A stretch of 64,000 nt of DNA from Candidatus Yanofskybacteria bacterium RIFCSPHIGHO2_01_FULL_44_24 (GTDB lineage Bacteria > Patescibacteriota > Minisyncoccia > 2-02-FULL-40-12 > GWA2-44-9), in NCBI GenBank assembly GCA_001794215.1, contig MGJK01000012.1, positions 4,834-68,833 of the forward strand, read 5' to 3'. The notes beneath the pieces were generated by a model, which saw nothing but the letters and a program-made list of their open reading frames with translations, searched no databases and was not told where the DNA came from. Shown here piece by piece: positions 9,469 to 19,181 of this stretch (position 1 is the stretch's first letter; each line of letters opens with the position of its first letter). Both the position numbers and the translations under genes were made by a program.

Positions 9469-9602
9469 AAATTCAAAAATAAAAATGCAAAATTATCGAA
9501 GCTCATTTAGCAACAAAATGAGCAATCCAAATTTTAAACTTTTTAATCAATTTTCAATGATAATAATTCTAAAATTTAAAATTCTAAATTAAAAATTTTG
9601 TA
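9466..9602 (+). repeat. Heptamer-repeat palindromic element (type A left part, possibly composite with type B)
   Basis: AAAATTCAAAAATAAAAATGCAAAATTATCG, inner stem GCTCATTT(9501-9508)/AAATGAGC(9516-9523), further AATT heptamers up to ATG 9603. Confidence 0.7.
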
Positions 9603-11885
9603 ATGAAGCTTGTCTATATCACCAACGCCAAAATACCTTCAGAAAAGGCTCGTAGTTTGCAGATTATGAAATCATGCGAAGCTTTTGCCACGCAGAACGA
9701 GGCCAATATGCGAATGAATGCCGATGATGCGGATAGGGGTCAAAAAGTTGAAGTCGAGCTTGTTTTACCAAGGCGGGTAAATGCGCCGAAGGATGACCCT
9801 TTTAATTTTTACAGCGTAAAAAGGATTTTCGGGATAAAAAAGATTTTTAATTTCGATCTGTTCGGTCTTTCTTTCGTACCAAGAAAATTTGCATTTTATG
9901 TCCAATCGCTGAGCTTCGGTCTTTTCGGAGCGGTCTACCTGTCGATTTTTTACGGTAATAAAACAGTTTTTTACTCCCGTGATTTCGCCACGCTTTTCTT
10001 TCTGTGTTTGTTCGGGTTCGATCCTATTGCGGAAGTTCACGACTATCGTTCGTCAAAGTTCCGATGGGATGTGAAATATGTTTTAAAAAATTCGAGAAAA
10101 GTTATTGTTAATTCGGAAGGAACGCTCGAGCAACTAAGAAAGCATTATGAACTTGATGCGTCGAGAGTCTTAGTTGCACCCAACGGGGTTGATTTAGAAT
10201 TCTTCAGTATTAAAGAGTCGCAAGATGAGGCGAGGAGAATTTTGAATATTCCGCAAAACAAGAAAGTCGTTGCCTACATAGGCCGTCTCGAAACTGTTGG
10301 TCAGGACAAGGGCGTCGGTACTCTGCTGGAGGCCTTTAATATACTAAATACAAAATACGATATACCAAATACACATCTTCTCATTGTCGGCGGTCCATAC
10401 CATTTAGTTGAAAAATACAAAGCAGAGGTTAGGAATCAGCATAATATTACCTTCACCGGCCAGGTAGAGTATCAGAAGGTTCCTCTGTACCTAAGAGCGG
10501 TTGATGCGGTTGCGATCCCTTTACCGAAAAATCAGCACGCAATTACAACTTCGCCGATTAAACTTTTTGAATATATGGCCGCCGGAAAAGCTATCGTTGC
10601 TTCGGACTTGCTCTCGATAAGACAATATTTGAATTCGGAAAATGCGGTATTCTTTGATGCGGAAAATTCCGAAGATTTAGCCGGAAAACTCAAGGCCGTT
10701 TTAGGTGACGGTATATTACGCAATAAAATCTCTAAAAATGCGTTACAGGATGCCACCCGATACTCTTGGATTTCTCGTGCTCAGAAAATTATTAATTTCG
10801 CTGTCAGTAAAACTTCAGTACATACACTCAAGGCCGTTCTCTATTTCGGCGATTTTGATCCCAATTATGCCCGCAATAGCGTGATCATTAAAGGACTTCA
10901 GAAGAATGGCGTAGAAGTTTTATTGTGCAATGACCGGACGAAGGGATTCAAAAAATACGTGAATTTGGTCAAAAAATTCATAGATTTGGATAAGCGATTC
11001 AACTTAGTTATCGTCGGTTACTCTGATTCCCGCTTCATGGTTCCCCTAATTAATATTTTGACCCGGAAGAAGGTAGTTTGGGATGCCTTCTACTCTATCT
11101 ACGATAACTGGATTTTCGATAGAAAGTTGGCCGCACCTAATAGTATGAAGGCGAGTTATTATTGGACGATGGACTGGTTTTCTTGTTGGCTTTCCGATCT
11201 CGTCTTATTAGATACGCAGGCCAACGCCGATTATTTCATTAGAACTTTTAATATGTCCCGCGATAAAGTAAGGCGCGTTTTTATCGGCGCAGACGACGAA
11301 GCATTATATCCAAAAAAGAAAACAATATCAGACAAGTTCATCGTAGAATTTCATGGTAACTATATTCCCGTTCACGGCTTAGAGTATATTATAAAAGCTG
11401 CTAAAATATTAGAAAAACATCAGGATATTATGTTCTATGTCATTGGTGGAGGACAAGAGCACGGTAAAATAAAGAAATTAGCCGAGGATTTACGAGTTTC
11501 CAATATAACTTTCATGGATAAAATGCCTCAGTACATGATCTCTGAGTATATAAAGGAGGCTGATGTTTGTTTGGGTCTTTTAGGAAATTTGGATCGCGGA
11601 GGCAGGGCAATCCCAAATAAGGTCTACGAGGCTTCGGCGATGGAAAGAGCAAGTCTGAATATGGATGGTCCGGCTATTCACGAGTTATATACCGATCGGG
11701 AAAATATACTTTTGTGTCATGGCGGAGATTCTCAGGATATAGCTGATAAAATCTTAGAATTGAAAAATAATCCTCAGCTGAAGGATCGCATAGCTAAAAA
11801 TGCCTACCAGTTATATTTGGCCAATGGAACCCCGAAGACAATAGGGGATCACTTGATTAAGCTGATCGGCCGATTATTATTTTAG
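9603..11885 (+). CDS. Double-domain GT4 glycosyltransferase
   Basis: Two GT4 modules: SPIKLFEYMAAGK and IPNKVYEASAM. Confidence 0.88.
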   Translation: MKLVYITNAKIPSEKARSLQIMKSCEAFATQNEANMRMNADDADRGQKVEVELVLPRRVNAPKDDPFNFYSVKRIFGIKKIFNFDLFGLSFVPRKFAFYVQSLSFGLFGAVYLSIFYGNKTVFYSRDFATLFFLCLFGFDPIAEVHDYRSSKFRWDVKYVLKNSRKVIVNSEGTLEQLRKHYELDASRVLVAPNGVDLEFFSIKESQDEARRILNIPQNKKVVAYIGRLETVGQDKGVGTLLEAFNILNTKYDIPNTHLLIVGGPYHLVEKYKAEVRNQHNITFTGQVEYQKVPLYLRAVDAVAIPLPKNQHAITTSPIKLFEYMAAGKAIVASDLLSIRQYLNSENAVFFDAENSEDLAGKLKAVLGDGILRNKISKNALQDATRYSWISRAQKIINFAVSKTSVHTLKAVLYFGDFDPNYARNSVIIKGLQKNGVEVLLCNDRTKGFKKYVNLVKKFIDLDKRFNLVIVGYSDSRFMVPLINILTRKKVVWDAFYSIYDNWIFDRKLAAPNSMKASYYWTMDWFSCWLSDLVLLDTQANADYFIRTFNMSRDKVRRVFIGADDEALYPKKKTISDKFIVEFHGNYIPVHGLEYIIKAAKILEKHQDIMFYVIGGGQEHGKIKKLAEDLRVSNITFMDKMPQYMISEYIKEADVCLGLLGNLDRGGRAIPNKVYEASAMERASLNMDGPAIHELYTDRENILLCHGGDSQDIADKILELKNNPQLKDRIAKNAYQLYLANGTPKTIGDHLIKLIGRLLF

Positions 11886-12598
11886 TTGATTTTCTATTAA
11901 TTTTTTTTATACTTTCTATATGTTTGTACGCAAAAATAACTGCCGTATTTGCGGAAGCTCTGATCTTGTGAGCGTACTCAATTTAGGCGATCAGCCACCG
12001 GCGAATGCTTTTCTAAAAAGAGAAGACTTTAAAAGCGAAAAGGCATATCCTCTTAATGTTTACTTTTGTAGCGGATGTAATCTTTTGCAACTAAGAGACA
12101 TAGTTTCCCCGGATATTTTATTTCGGGATTATGTTTATGTTTCTTCAACTTCACGCAGTTTTGTTGAGCATTTTGAATCTTATGCGGCGGATGTAGCTAA
12201 AGACTTTGATGTAAAAAACAAATTAGTTATCGATCTGGGAAGTAATGACGGTGTATTATTGAAGCCCTTTAAATCCTTAGGCGCCAAAGTTCTTGGGATT
12301 GATCCGGCAATCGAAATTGCCCGAAAAGCAACCCAAGAGGGAATTGAGACTTTGCCGGAATTTTTTACACCCGACCTCGCTAAAGACATAGTTGCTAAGA
12401 GGGGTAATGCCAAAATAATAAGCGCGAACAATGTCTTCGCTCACATAGACGACGTTAAGGCTGTCTTAGAGGGAGCTGATATCTTATTATCCGGTGACGG
12501 GGTCTTTGTCGCTGAGTTTCCTTACTTAGTCGACTTTATTAATAAAGGCCTGTTTGATACGGTTTACCACGAACACCTTTCTTATTATGGAGTCAGGC

Positions 12599-13978
12599 AG
12601 TATTTTCCAATCCCTAAATGACACCCAAATATCTTATCATATCTTTGCCGAAATTTGTTTAAAAATCTTTAATCTTTCTTCTTGTAATCTCTTAGCTGAC
12701 TCGAAATGGGTCAGCTTTTTTGGTTCTGTTTCTAGTGATTCTCTAGTTATTCCTGGAACAAGATATTCTTGAAGATTTTTTATGGTTAGTAATTTCTGAC
12801 AGGGAGTAAGATATTCTTTGTATTCTTTTTTAATCTTACCTTTTTCATCAATTTGATCCTCAGAAAAAGCGCAATGCCGATGGAAATTAAGATGAGGATT
12901 CAAATATTTTCTCAGGAACTCATTAATCAATATGGCATGTTTCTTTGGTATGTGCGTATAGCCCATAGTCTTTCTGATGACGGCTCCATTCTTACCTTCC
13001 GCTAAAGCATTGTCATTGCTGTGTCTGGCCCTTGATTTAGTCTGACAGATATTCAGTTTGTTTAGAAGATTAGCCACCACCTTGTTAATATATTCCGATC
13101 CGTTATCGGAATGGAAGTTGATGACTTTAAAAGGAATTAGGCTAAGAAGTTCTTCCAAGACTGGAATTAAATGTTGTTCGGATATTGTTTCTACGCAGCC
13201 GACAAATTCCCATTGGCTTATCTCATCTACGATATTAATGTAGTATACTCCCTTTTCCTTGTCTAAATCACCTTGGTGAACCGAATCTATCCTCAGATAA
13301 CCCGGTTTACCTTGATTATCGGGTTTTCTCCTCTCTCCGATAGGAATAGCCGTTTTCTTGGTTTTAGTGTAAACCAGGACCCGACTGGTATATATCTTCG
13401 TCTTTCTGAGATTGTAGATATGGCTTTTGGATATGTGGCTTAATTTCTCAAACTTATCATCGCCATAAATCTGATACATATCCTCAAGACATTTCTTGAG
13501 AGCATAGCCATTAGGATTTTCAAAGGCTGAAGCCACGTCAGCCAGCAACCTAATATCGGGAACTTCATAAAAGGTCTGAAAGGCATTTTGAGTCCTTTCT
13601 TTTACAAAAACTTGGCCGGTATCTTTCTTCCTTTTGATTAATCGATCAACCTGGCTATCAGAATATCCGCTTACAGATTTAATATATTCTTTGATAACCG
13701 CTTTATTCTTTTTCGTCTCGGAAGAATATCTAAACTTTCCGAGTGTTTGTCCGATCCACTCGTAAGTCTTGGCCTTACCGGCAGTTCTCTTAAATTCAGC
13801 ACATTGCGAAAGTTTTACAAACTCTCTAAGCTGTGCCAGGCTTGTTACTGACTCGTCGTTCATATCCATAGTCATATATCGGCATGATACGACGAGCCAT
13901 TCACTTAAGGGAGCTTTCGGCTCCTTTCTGTGTTGGAATGACCCTTGATTTGGGTGTCATTGTGCGTTGGACAAGACT
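12599..13978 (-). mobile_element. Insertion sequence (rve/DDE transposase, IS481/ISNCY-like), 1380 bp
   Basis: Imperfect terminal IRs of about 32 bp sharing AATGACACCCAAAT/ATTTGGGTGTCATT; flanking direct repeat GGC (12596-12598, 13979-13981). Confidence 0.88.
12637..13875 (-). CDS. DDE transposase/integrase core protein
   Basis: PGYLRIDSVH, FHSDNGSEY, DNALAEGKN (D-D-E). Confidence 0.9.
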   Translation of the reverse strand: MTMDMNDESVTSLAQLREFVKLSQCAEFKRTAGKAKTYEWIGQTLGKFRYSSETKKNKAVIKEYIKSVSGYSDSQVDRLIKRKKDTGQVFVKERTQNAFQTFYEVPDIRLLADVASAFENPNGYALKKCLEDMYQIYGDDKFEKLSHISKSHIYNLRKTKIYTSRVLVYTKTKKTAIPIGERRKPDNQGKPGYLRIDSVHQGDLDKEKGVYYINIVDEISQWEFVGCVETISEQHLIPVLEELLSLIPFKVINFHSDNGSEYINKVVANLLNKLNICQTKSRARHSNDNALAEGKNGAVIRKTMGYTHIPKKHAILINEFLRKYLNPHLNFHRHCAFSEDQIDEKGKIKKEYKEYLTPCQKLLTIKNLQEYLVPGITRESLETEPKKLTHFESAKRLQEERLKIFKQISAKI

Positions 13979-14528
13979 GGCCCTTGAAAGTGCTATTTGA
14001 TAATTGTAGGATGAGAATGTTTGACGTCCAAAGGGTAAACTCCCATGGCGGTTCGTTGAGGATTTTCGTATGTAGGCAGGATGCCGCTTATCCTACCAGA
14101 TCTTCTGTCGATGAGCTGGATAACCTCGAAAGGAGTCTAAGGCTTGATTCAGTCGAGACGTATATCAATTTCGAAAAAAGAGTTAATGAAAATCGACTTA
14201 AGCTTCAGGGCCTTCTTCGCGGGTTGAAAAAAGATGGCCATAAAATAGCTGCCTACGGAGCGCCTGCCAAGGGGAATACGCTTTTGAATTATATGGAAAT
14301 CGGAACCGACTTGTTGGAATATGTTGTCGACGATAGTCCCTATAAGCAAGGGTTATATACGCCGGGAATGCATATTCCGGTTGTAAGTTCTCAAAGCTTG
14401 GAGAATAATCGACCCGACTATTTGTTTATTTTAGCCTGGAATTTCGCGGAACAAATTATGGTTAAGTGCTCGGATTTTAGAAACAAGGGAGGAAGGTTTA
14501 TATTACCCGTGCCTGAGCCAAAGATTAT

Positions 14529-15599
14529 ATGAAACACCCCATCGTACAGGAGGACATAGACGTCATAGTTTCGGCCATAAAAAAAGAGGCAAAACAGCTT
14601 GAAGGGAAAAGGATTTTAATTACCGGAGGAACCGGTTTTTTGGGTAACTACTTTCTCTCGGTCTTTTACGATTTAAATAAAAAAGTGTTAAAAACCCCCT
14701 GCAAAGTTATAGTCATCGATAACTATATTACGGGGGACAAGAAAAATATACTTGGATTAGAAAAGAGTTCTCACTTTAAGTTCATAGAACATGATGTCCG
14801 GGTTCCTATAAAAGTTTCCGGGAATATCGATTATATAATTCATGCTGCCGGGATAGCTTCCCCGGTTTATTATATGAAATATCCTTTGGAGACTATCGAA
14901 GTTGCCACCAAGGGAACGCAAAATATGCTTGAATTGGCCCGCTTGAAAAAGGTTAAGAGCTTTTTGTTTTTCAGTTCAAGCGAGATATATGGTGATCCTC
15001 ACAAGGACCATATACCTACCCCTGAAAGTTACCGAGGCCATGTTTCTTCGACGGGTCCGAGATCTTGCTATGATGAATCAAAAAGACTGGGTGAAACTCT
15101 ATGTATGACCTATAGTAAAATTTATGGTGTACCGGTCAAAATAGTCAGACCGTTTAATGTTTATGGTCCCGGCATGAAGCCTAACGACGATAGGGTTCTG
15201 CCTAAGTTTTTAAGCCATGCATGTATGGGGAAATCACTGCCCATACATGGCAAGGGACTTCAAACCAGAACGTACTGCTACATAACCGATGCCACGGTCG
15301 GATTTTTGAAGGTATTGTTATCGAAGGGAAGCGGAGAGGTGTATAATATAGGGAACAATGAAGGAGAGATTAATCTCGTTGACTTAGCCAATGTTGTCAG
15401 CGGACTTTTTGATAACAAAGTATCGGTAGTCAAAATTGATTATCCCTCTGCCTATCCGGCAGATGAGCCTAATCGAAGATGCCCCAGTATAACTAAAGCA
15501 AAAGCAAATCTTGGATTTGAGCCCCAAATGGAATTAAAAGACGGAGTAAGTCGGCTTTTGCAATGGTATAAAGAAACTTATCCCAATCTCAAGGCTTAA
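14529..15599 (+). CDS. NAD-dependent nucleotide-sugar epimerase/dehydratase (UDP-glucuronate decarboxylase-like)
   Basis: ITGGTGFLG, IASPVYY, SSSEIYGDP, YDESKRLGE, RPFNVYGP. Confidence 0.85.
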   Translation: MKHPIVQEDIDVIVSAIKKEAKQLEGKRILITGGTGFLGNYFLSVFYDLNKKVLKTPCKVIVIDNYITGDKKNILGLEKSSHFKFIEHDVRVPIKVSGNIDYIIHAAGIASPVYYMKYPLETIEVATKGTQNMLELARLKKVKSFLFFSSSEIYGDPHKDHIPTPESYRGHVSSTGPRSCYDESKRLGETLCMTYSKIYGVPVKIVRPFNVYGPGMKPNDDRVLPKFLSHACMGKSLPIHGKGLQTRTYCYITDATVGFLKVLLSKGSGEVYNIGNNEGEINLVDLANVVSGLFDNKVSVVKIDYPSAYPADEPNRRCPSITKAKANLGFEPQMELKDGVSRLLQWYKETYPNLKA

Positions 15600-15601
15600 A
15601 T

Positions 15602-16456
15602 ATGAAAGTCCTTATTATCGGAGCGGATGGTCAGTTGGGTAGCGATCTCTTAAAAATATTCAAATCTTCCCAAAACGAGGTTGCCGGTCTTTCTCGCGGA
15701 GATGTTGATATTAGTCGATCGGCCGATGCGGAGTCTGCTATAAAAAAAATAAAGCCGCAGATAGTTATAAACTGCGCCGCCATAGTTGATACCGAAAGAA
15801 ACGAGCTCTTTCCCGAAGAGGCTTTTTTGGTCAATTCATTGGGAGCTTTTTACGTCGCAAAAGCCGCTCAGACTATCGGAGCCACCGTCGTTTATATAAG
15901 TACTGACTATGTTTTTGACGGATTAAAGAAATACTTTACGGAAAAAGATACTCCAAACCCACTCAATGTCTATGGCTCTTCCAAGTTAGCCGGTGAATAT
16001 CTTACAAAAATAGCGAATCCTAAAAACTATATAATCAGGACAAGCGCTTTGTTCGGAAAGGGCAAGGGGCCGAAGGGAAATTTCGTTTCAAGGTTATTAG
16101 ATAAGGCAAGGTCAGGAATGGAGATCAAGATGGTTAACGATCAATTCACCTCGCCCACGTACACCGTAGACTTAGCAAAGACTATCCAGAAAATAATTAG
16201 GAAAAAATTACCGTATGGCGTATATCATATAACCAACCAGGGCAGTGCTTCTTGGTACGGATTTGGTAAAGAGATAATAAAGTTAATGAAAATTAATTCT
16301 AAGATTGTAGGGATAAAAACTGACATGTCGTCCAGCGGGATCAAGAGGCCCATGTATAGTGTCCTAATAAATCACAATCTCAATCAAAAGAAAATTAGTC
16401 TACCTTCTTGGCAAAATTCTCTCGCAAGGTACCTCAAAGAGGAGGATCTCATATAG
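15602..16456 (+). CDS. rmlD: dTDP-4-dehydrorhamnose reductase-like
   Basis: GADGQLG, ISTDYVFDG, PNPLNVYGSSKLAGE, DQFTSPT. Confidence 0.85.
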   Translation: MKVLIIGADGQLGSDLLKIFKSSQNEVAGLSRGDVDISRSADAESAIKKIKPQIVINCAAIVDTERNELFPEEAFLVNSLGAFYVAKAAQTIGATVVYISTDYVFDGLKKYFTEKDTPNPLNVYGSSKLAGEYLTKIANPKNYIIRTSALFGKGKGPKGNFVSRLLDKARSGMEIKMVNDQFTSPTYTVDLAKTIQKIIRKKLPYGVYHITNQGSASWYGFGKEIIKLMKINSKIVGIKTDMSSSGIKRPMYSVLINHNLNQKKISLPSWQNSLARYLKEEDLI

Positions 16457-16529
16457 AGTAATCAGGTTGAATAAGGCCATATTTATTGTATAATTAACAG
16501 AGCTTAGCCCTCTCTATGATTTCGATTTT

Positions 16530-17561
16530 ATGAGGATAAATTTTCTATTACCGCATCTTAAACCGGCCGGGGGAGTCAGTGTTTCTCTTACCTTTGGCCA
16601 CAAATTAGCCGAACGAGGCCATGACGTGATTGCTGCAATTGAAAACAGCAGTTTTTTATCGCGTCTTTATAGGAATTTTTTCAACGATCACCCGTTACTA
16701 CCCCGGGGATCAAAGTTGCGATTGAAGATGGTCAGAAGTTTTAAGGATCTTCCCGACGCAGATGTCTGGATGGCTGATTCCTGGAAGTCTGCCAAAAAAT
16801 TATATAACCTGAAAACAAAGGCGGTTAAATTTCAATATATTCAGCATGACGAAAGGATGTATCACGGCGACCCCAAGGTCGTAGAAGAAGTTTTTCGTCT
16901 GCCGCTGATTAAATTTGTAAATGCAACCTGGCTTCAGAGGATGCTGAAAAGAGACTTCAATTACGAGGCCGAAGTCATGTTTAATTCAGTTGATTGCGAT
17001 CTTTTCAATCCAAACAAAAGAGACAGAAGACCGGACGACGGATTGATTAAGATACTATTGCTTCATCATGATTATGGATGGAAGAATTCGAAGGAGGGAG
17101 CCCAGATAGTTATGGAGCTGAAAGAGAAATATCCCAATGTGAGATTGGTTTTATTCGGAACAAGGGCCAAGAATATAGATTTACCGCACGATGAGTACCA
17201 TTTTAATGTCTTTGGAGAGGACTTAGCCCGCCTTTTTGCCAATTCGGATATCTTTCTCGGGGCTTCGATAGATGATAGCCGACCCCTGCCCCATAGATGG
17301 GCGATGGCTTCCGGGTGCGCTTTAGCAACGTATGACAATGTAAGCTCCGATGACTATGCATTTAACGGCGAGAATTCATTAGTGGCCGAAAAGGGGAATC
17401 GGGAGGATTTAAAAAATAAAGTCGAAGAATTGATCCGAGACTCGGAGTTAAGAAGACAAGTTATCCAAAGTGCGCTTGTATTTGTAAGAAAGCTGCCGAC
17501 ATGGGATGAGATGACCGATAAATTAGAGAATATATTTAAAAAAGGACTAAATCAAACATGA
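16530..17561 (+). CDS. GT4-like glycosyltransferase
   Basis: AGGV N-terminal motif and GT-B layout; the EX7E motif is degenerate (DSRPLPHRWAMASG). Confidence 0.75.
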   Translation: MRINFLLPHLKPAGGVSVSLTFGHKLAERGHDVIAAIENSSFLSRLYRNFFNDHPLLPRGSKLRLKMVRSFKDLPDADVWMADSWKSAKKLYNLKTKAVKFQYIQHDERMYHGDPKVVEEVFRLPLIKFVNATWLQRMLKRDFNYEAEVMFNSVDCDLFNPNKRDRRPDDGLIKILLLHHDYGWKNSKEGAQIVMELKEKYPNVRLVLFGTRAKNIDLPHDEYHFNVFGEDLARLFANSDIFLGASIDDSRPLPHRWAMASGCALATYDNVSSDDYAFNGENSLVAEKGNREDLKNKVEELIRDSELRRQVIQSALVFVRKLPTWDEMTDKLENIFKKGLNQT

Positions 17562-18172
17562 TACTGATTACCGGCAGTACTGGCTTCATTGGTTCTCGAC
17601 TGGTCTCATTTCTTTCTCAGAAAGGATACGAGATCAAAGAGGTAAATGAGGAAATAACCGATATCGAAAAATTAAGACCCCATTTTAAGGGCGCAGATTT
17701 TGTTGTGCATTTGGCGGGCAAGAAACCCAACAGTGAAACTGTCGGAAAATCCAACGATACATTTCTGGTTAATGTCTTGGGGACCATGAATGTGGTGAGG
17801 CTGTGCTTAGAAAACAAGTCGAAGCTGATTAATATAAGCTCAAGTGCCACTGAATCGGAGTACGGCATAAGCAAAGTGGTCGCCGAAGAACTGGTCAGAT
17901 CTTATGCCAAGTCTCAGGGCCTAAAGGCAATTACCATACGTCCTGCCGGTATTTATGATGAAAACGATAAAACCGTTCCGTATATAAATAAGAACTATCC
18001 CCTCGGCCATTTAGTCCGTGATATCGAATGGATAATAAAAAATCACAACTTTGATCAGTATAAGGTTTATGAAACCCGAAATTTTCAGCAAAAAATTTAC
18101 TTCATTCGAAGAAAAATCAACGCGGTAAAAAGAAGAGTGAATAAACTATCGTCATGGCTAAGGTTTCAGTAA
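17558..18172 (+). CDS. Short NAD-dependent epimerase/reductase (SDR)
   Basis: ITGSTGFIG, VVHLAG, YGISK (YxxxK). Confidence 0.8.
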   Translation: MILITGSTGFIGSRLVSFLSQKGYEIKEVNEEITDIEKLRPHFKGADFVVHLAGKKPNSETVGKSNDTFLVNVLGTMNVVRLCLENKSKLINISSSATESEYGISKVVAEELVRSYAKSQGLKAITIRPAGIYDENDKTVPYINKNYPLGHLVRDIEWIIKNHNFDQYKVYETRNFQQKIYFIRRKINAVKRRVNKLSSWLRFQ

Positions 18173-19035
18173 TTATTCCAACACATAACCGGCCCGAGCC
18201 CCTCTATAAGGCGGTCAGTTCGGTTTTAAACCAGACCTACAAAGACCTCGAAGTAATTGTAGTTGACGGGGGCTTGGATAGAAGGGCAGAGGAGGTCGTT
18301 CGGGACCTTAACGACCCGAGAGTCGCGTATATTAAAAGCGACAAGGATTTAAATGGCAGCGAGGCGCGGAATATAGGCATAAGGAGGGCCGGTGGCGAAT
18401 TTATTGCTCTTCTCGACGATGATGATGAGTGGCTCTCGGAGAAGTTGGACATACAGATGAAAGCATTCGAACATACTCCTCGAGAGGTTGGCTTTTGTTT
18501 TTCGGCGGTTAAAAATGTTTACGACAATAAAATTCAAGACACCAAAGTGCCATCAGGAATCAGGGATTATTTTGAGGTTGTTTTAGCGAGGCTGAAAGGA
18601 TTTCTTAGCGTCACCCTTATTGTTAAAAAATATGTCCTTGAAGATGTCGGTTATTTTGATGAGCGGCTACCAAGTCATCAAGAAACGGAACTGGTGTTGC
18701 GAATTTCCAAGAAGTATAAAGGTTTGGGTATCAATCAGCCCCTTGTCTTAGTCAGCATGCGTAAGGGGTATGAGAAAGTGGGCTTTGATATAAACAAGAG
18801 AATAGTCGGCCGTGAGATTATAATTAATAAATATATGGAAGATTATAAGAAGCGGCCAGTTATTTTTGCCGGGCAGTTATTCAGGCAGGGCTTGCTTCAT
18901 AGGAGCAATGATCAAATGACCAAAGCAAGAGATTATTTTAAAAAGGCTTGGGATACTGATCATAGGCCTCTTTATATCCTGCATTATCTTAGCTTGATAG
19001 GCGGCGGAAGGATTTATCGATGGTTTAGAAAATAA
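18154..19035 (+). CDS. GT2 glycosyltransferase
   Basis: VSVIIPTHNR, ARNIGI, LLDDDDEW. Confidence 0.92.
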   Translation: MAKVSVIIPTHNRPEPLYKAVSSVLNQTYKDLEVIVVDGGLDRRAEEVVRDLNDPRVAYIKSDKDLNGSEARNIGIRRAGGEFIALLDDDDEWLSEKLDIQMKAFEHTPREVGFCFSAVKNVYDNKIQDTKVPSGIRDYFEVVLARLKGFLSVTLIVKKYVLEDVGYFDERLPSHQETELVLRISKKYKGLGINQPLVLVSMRKGYEKVGFDINKRIVGREIIINKYMEDYKKRPVIFAGQLFRQGLLHRSNDQMTKARDYFKKAWDTDHRPLYILHYLSLIGGGRIYRWFRK

Positions 19036-19042
19036 CTGAATA

Positions 19043-19175
19043 CAATTACTCTAATTTCTAATTGATCTAATTATTCTAATCAATTCCCAATTTTTTAAAT
19101 GTCTAAATCCTAAGGTTTTCGTTATTACGATTTATTTAGGTCAATTAGGTTAATTAGTATAATTAGGTTAATTTT
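19043..19175 (+). repeat. Type D 9-mer-period palindromic element (gene-less)
   Basis: Left arm CTAATTTCTAATTGATCTAATTATTCTAAT, right arm ATTTAGGTCAATTAGGTTAATTAGTATAATTAGGTTAATT; lies between stop 19035 and ATG 19182. Confidence 0.65.
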
Positions 19176-19181
19176 TTACCC

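Larger units (their letters stand above)
11920..14532 (+). pseudogene. NDP-hexose C-methyltransferase interrupted by an IS
   Basis: N-terminal half CRICGS...IDLGSNDG...YHEHLSYYGVR and C-terminal half PLKVLF...HGGSLR...YGAPAKGNTLLNY...LAWNF. Removing the IS and one GGC restores in-frame ...YYGVRPLKVLF. Confidence 0.9.

Noticed and set aside
13945-13978. Separate gene starting MIWVSLCVGQDW
   Set aside because: These residues are translated IS inverted repeat. The rest of the ORF is the C-terminal half of the interrupted methyltransferase.
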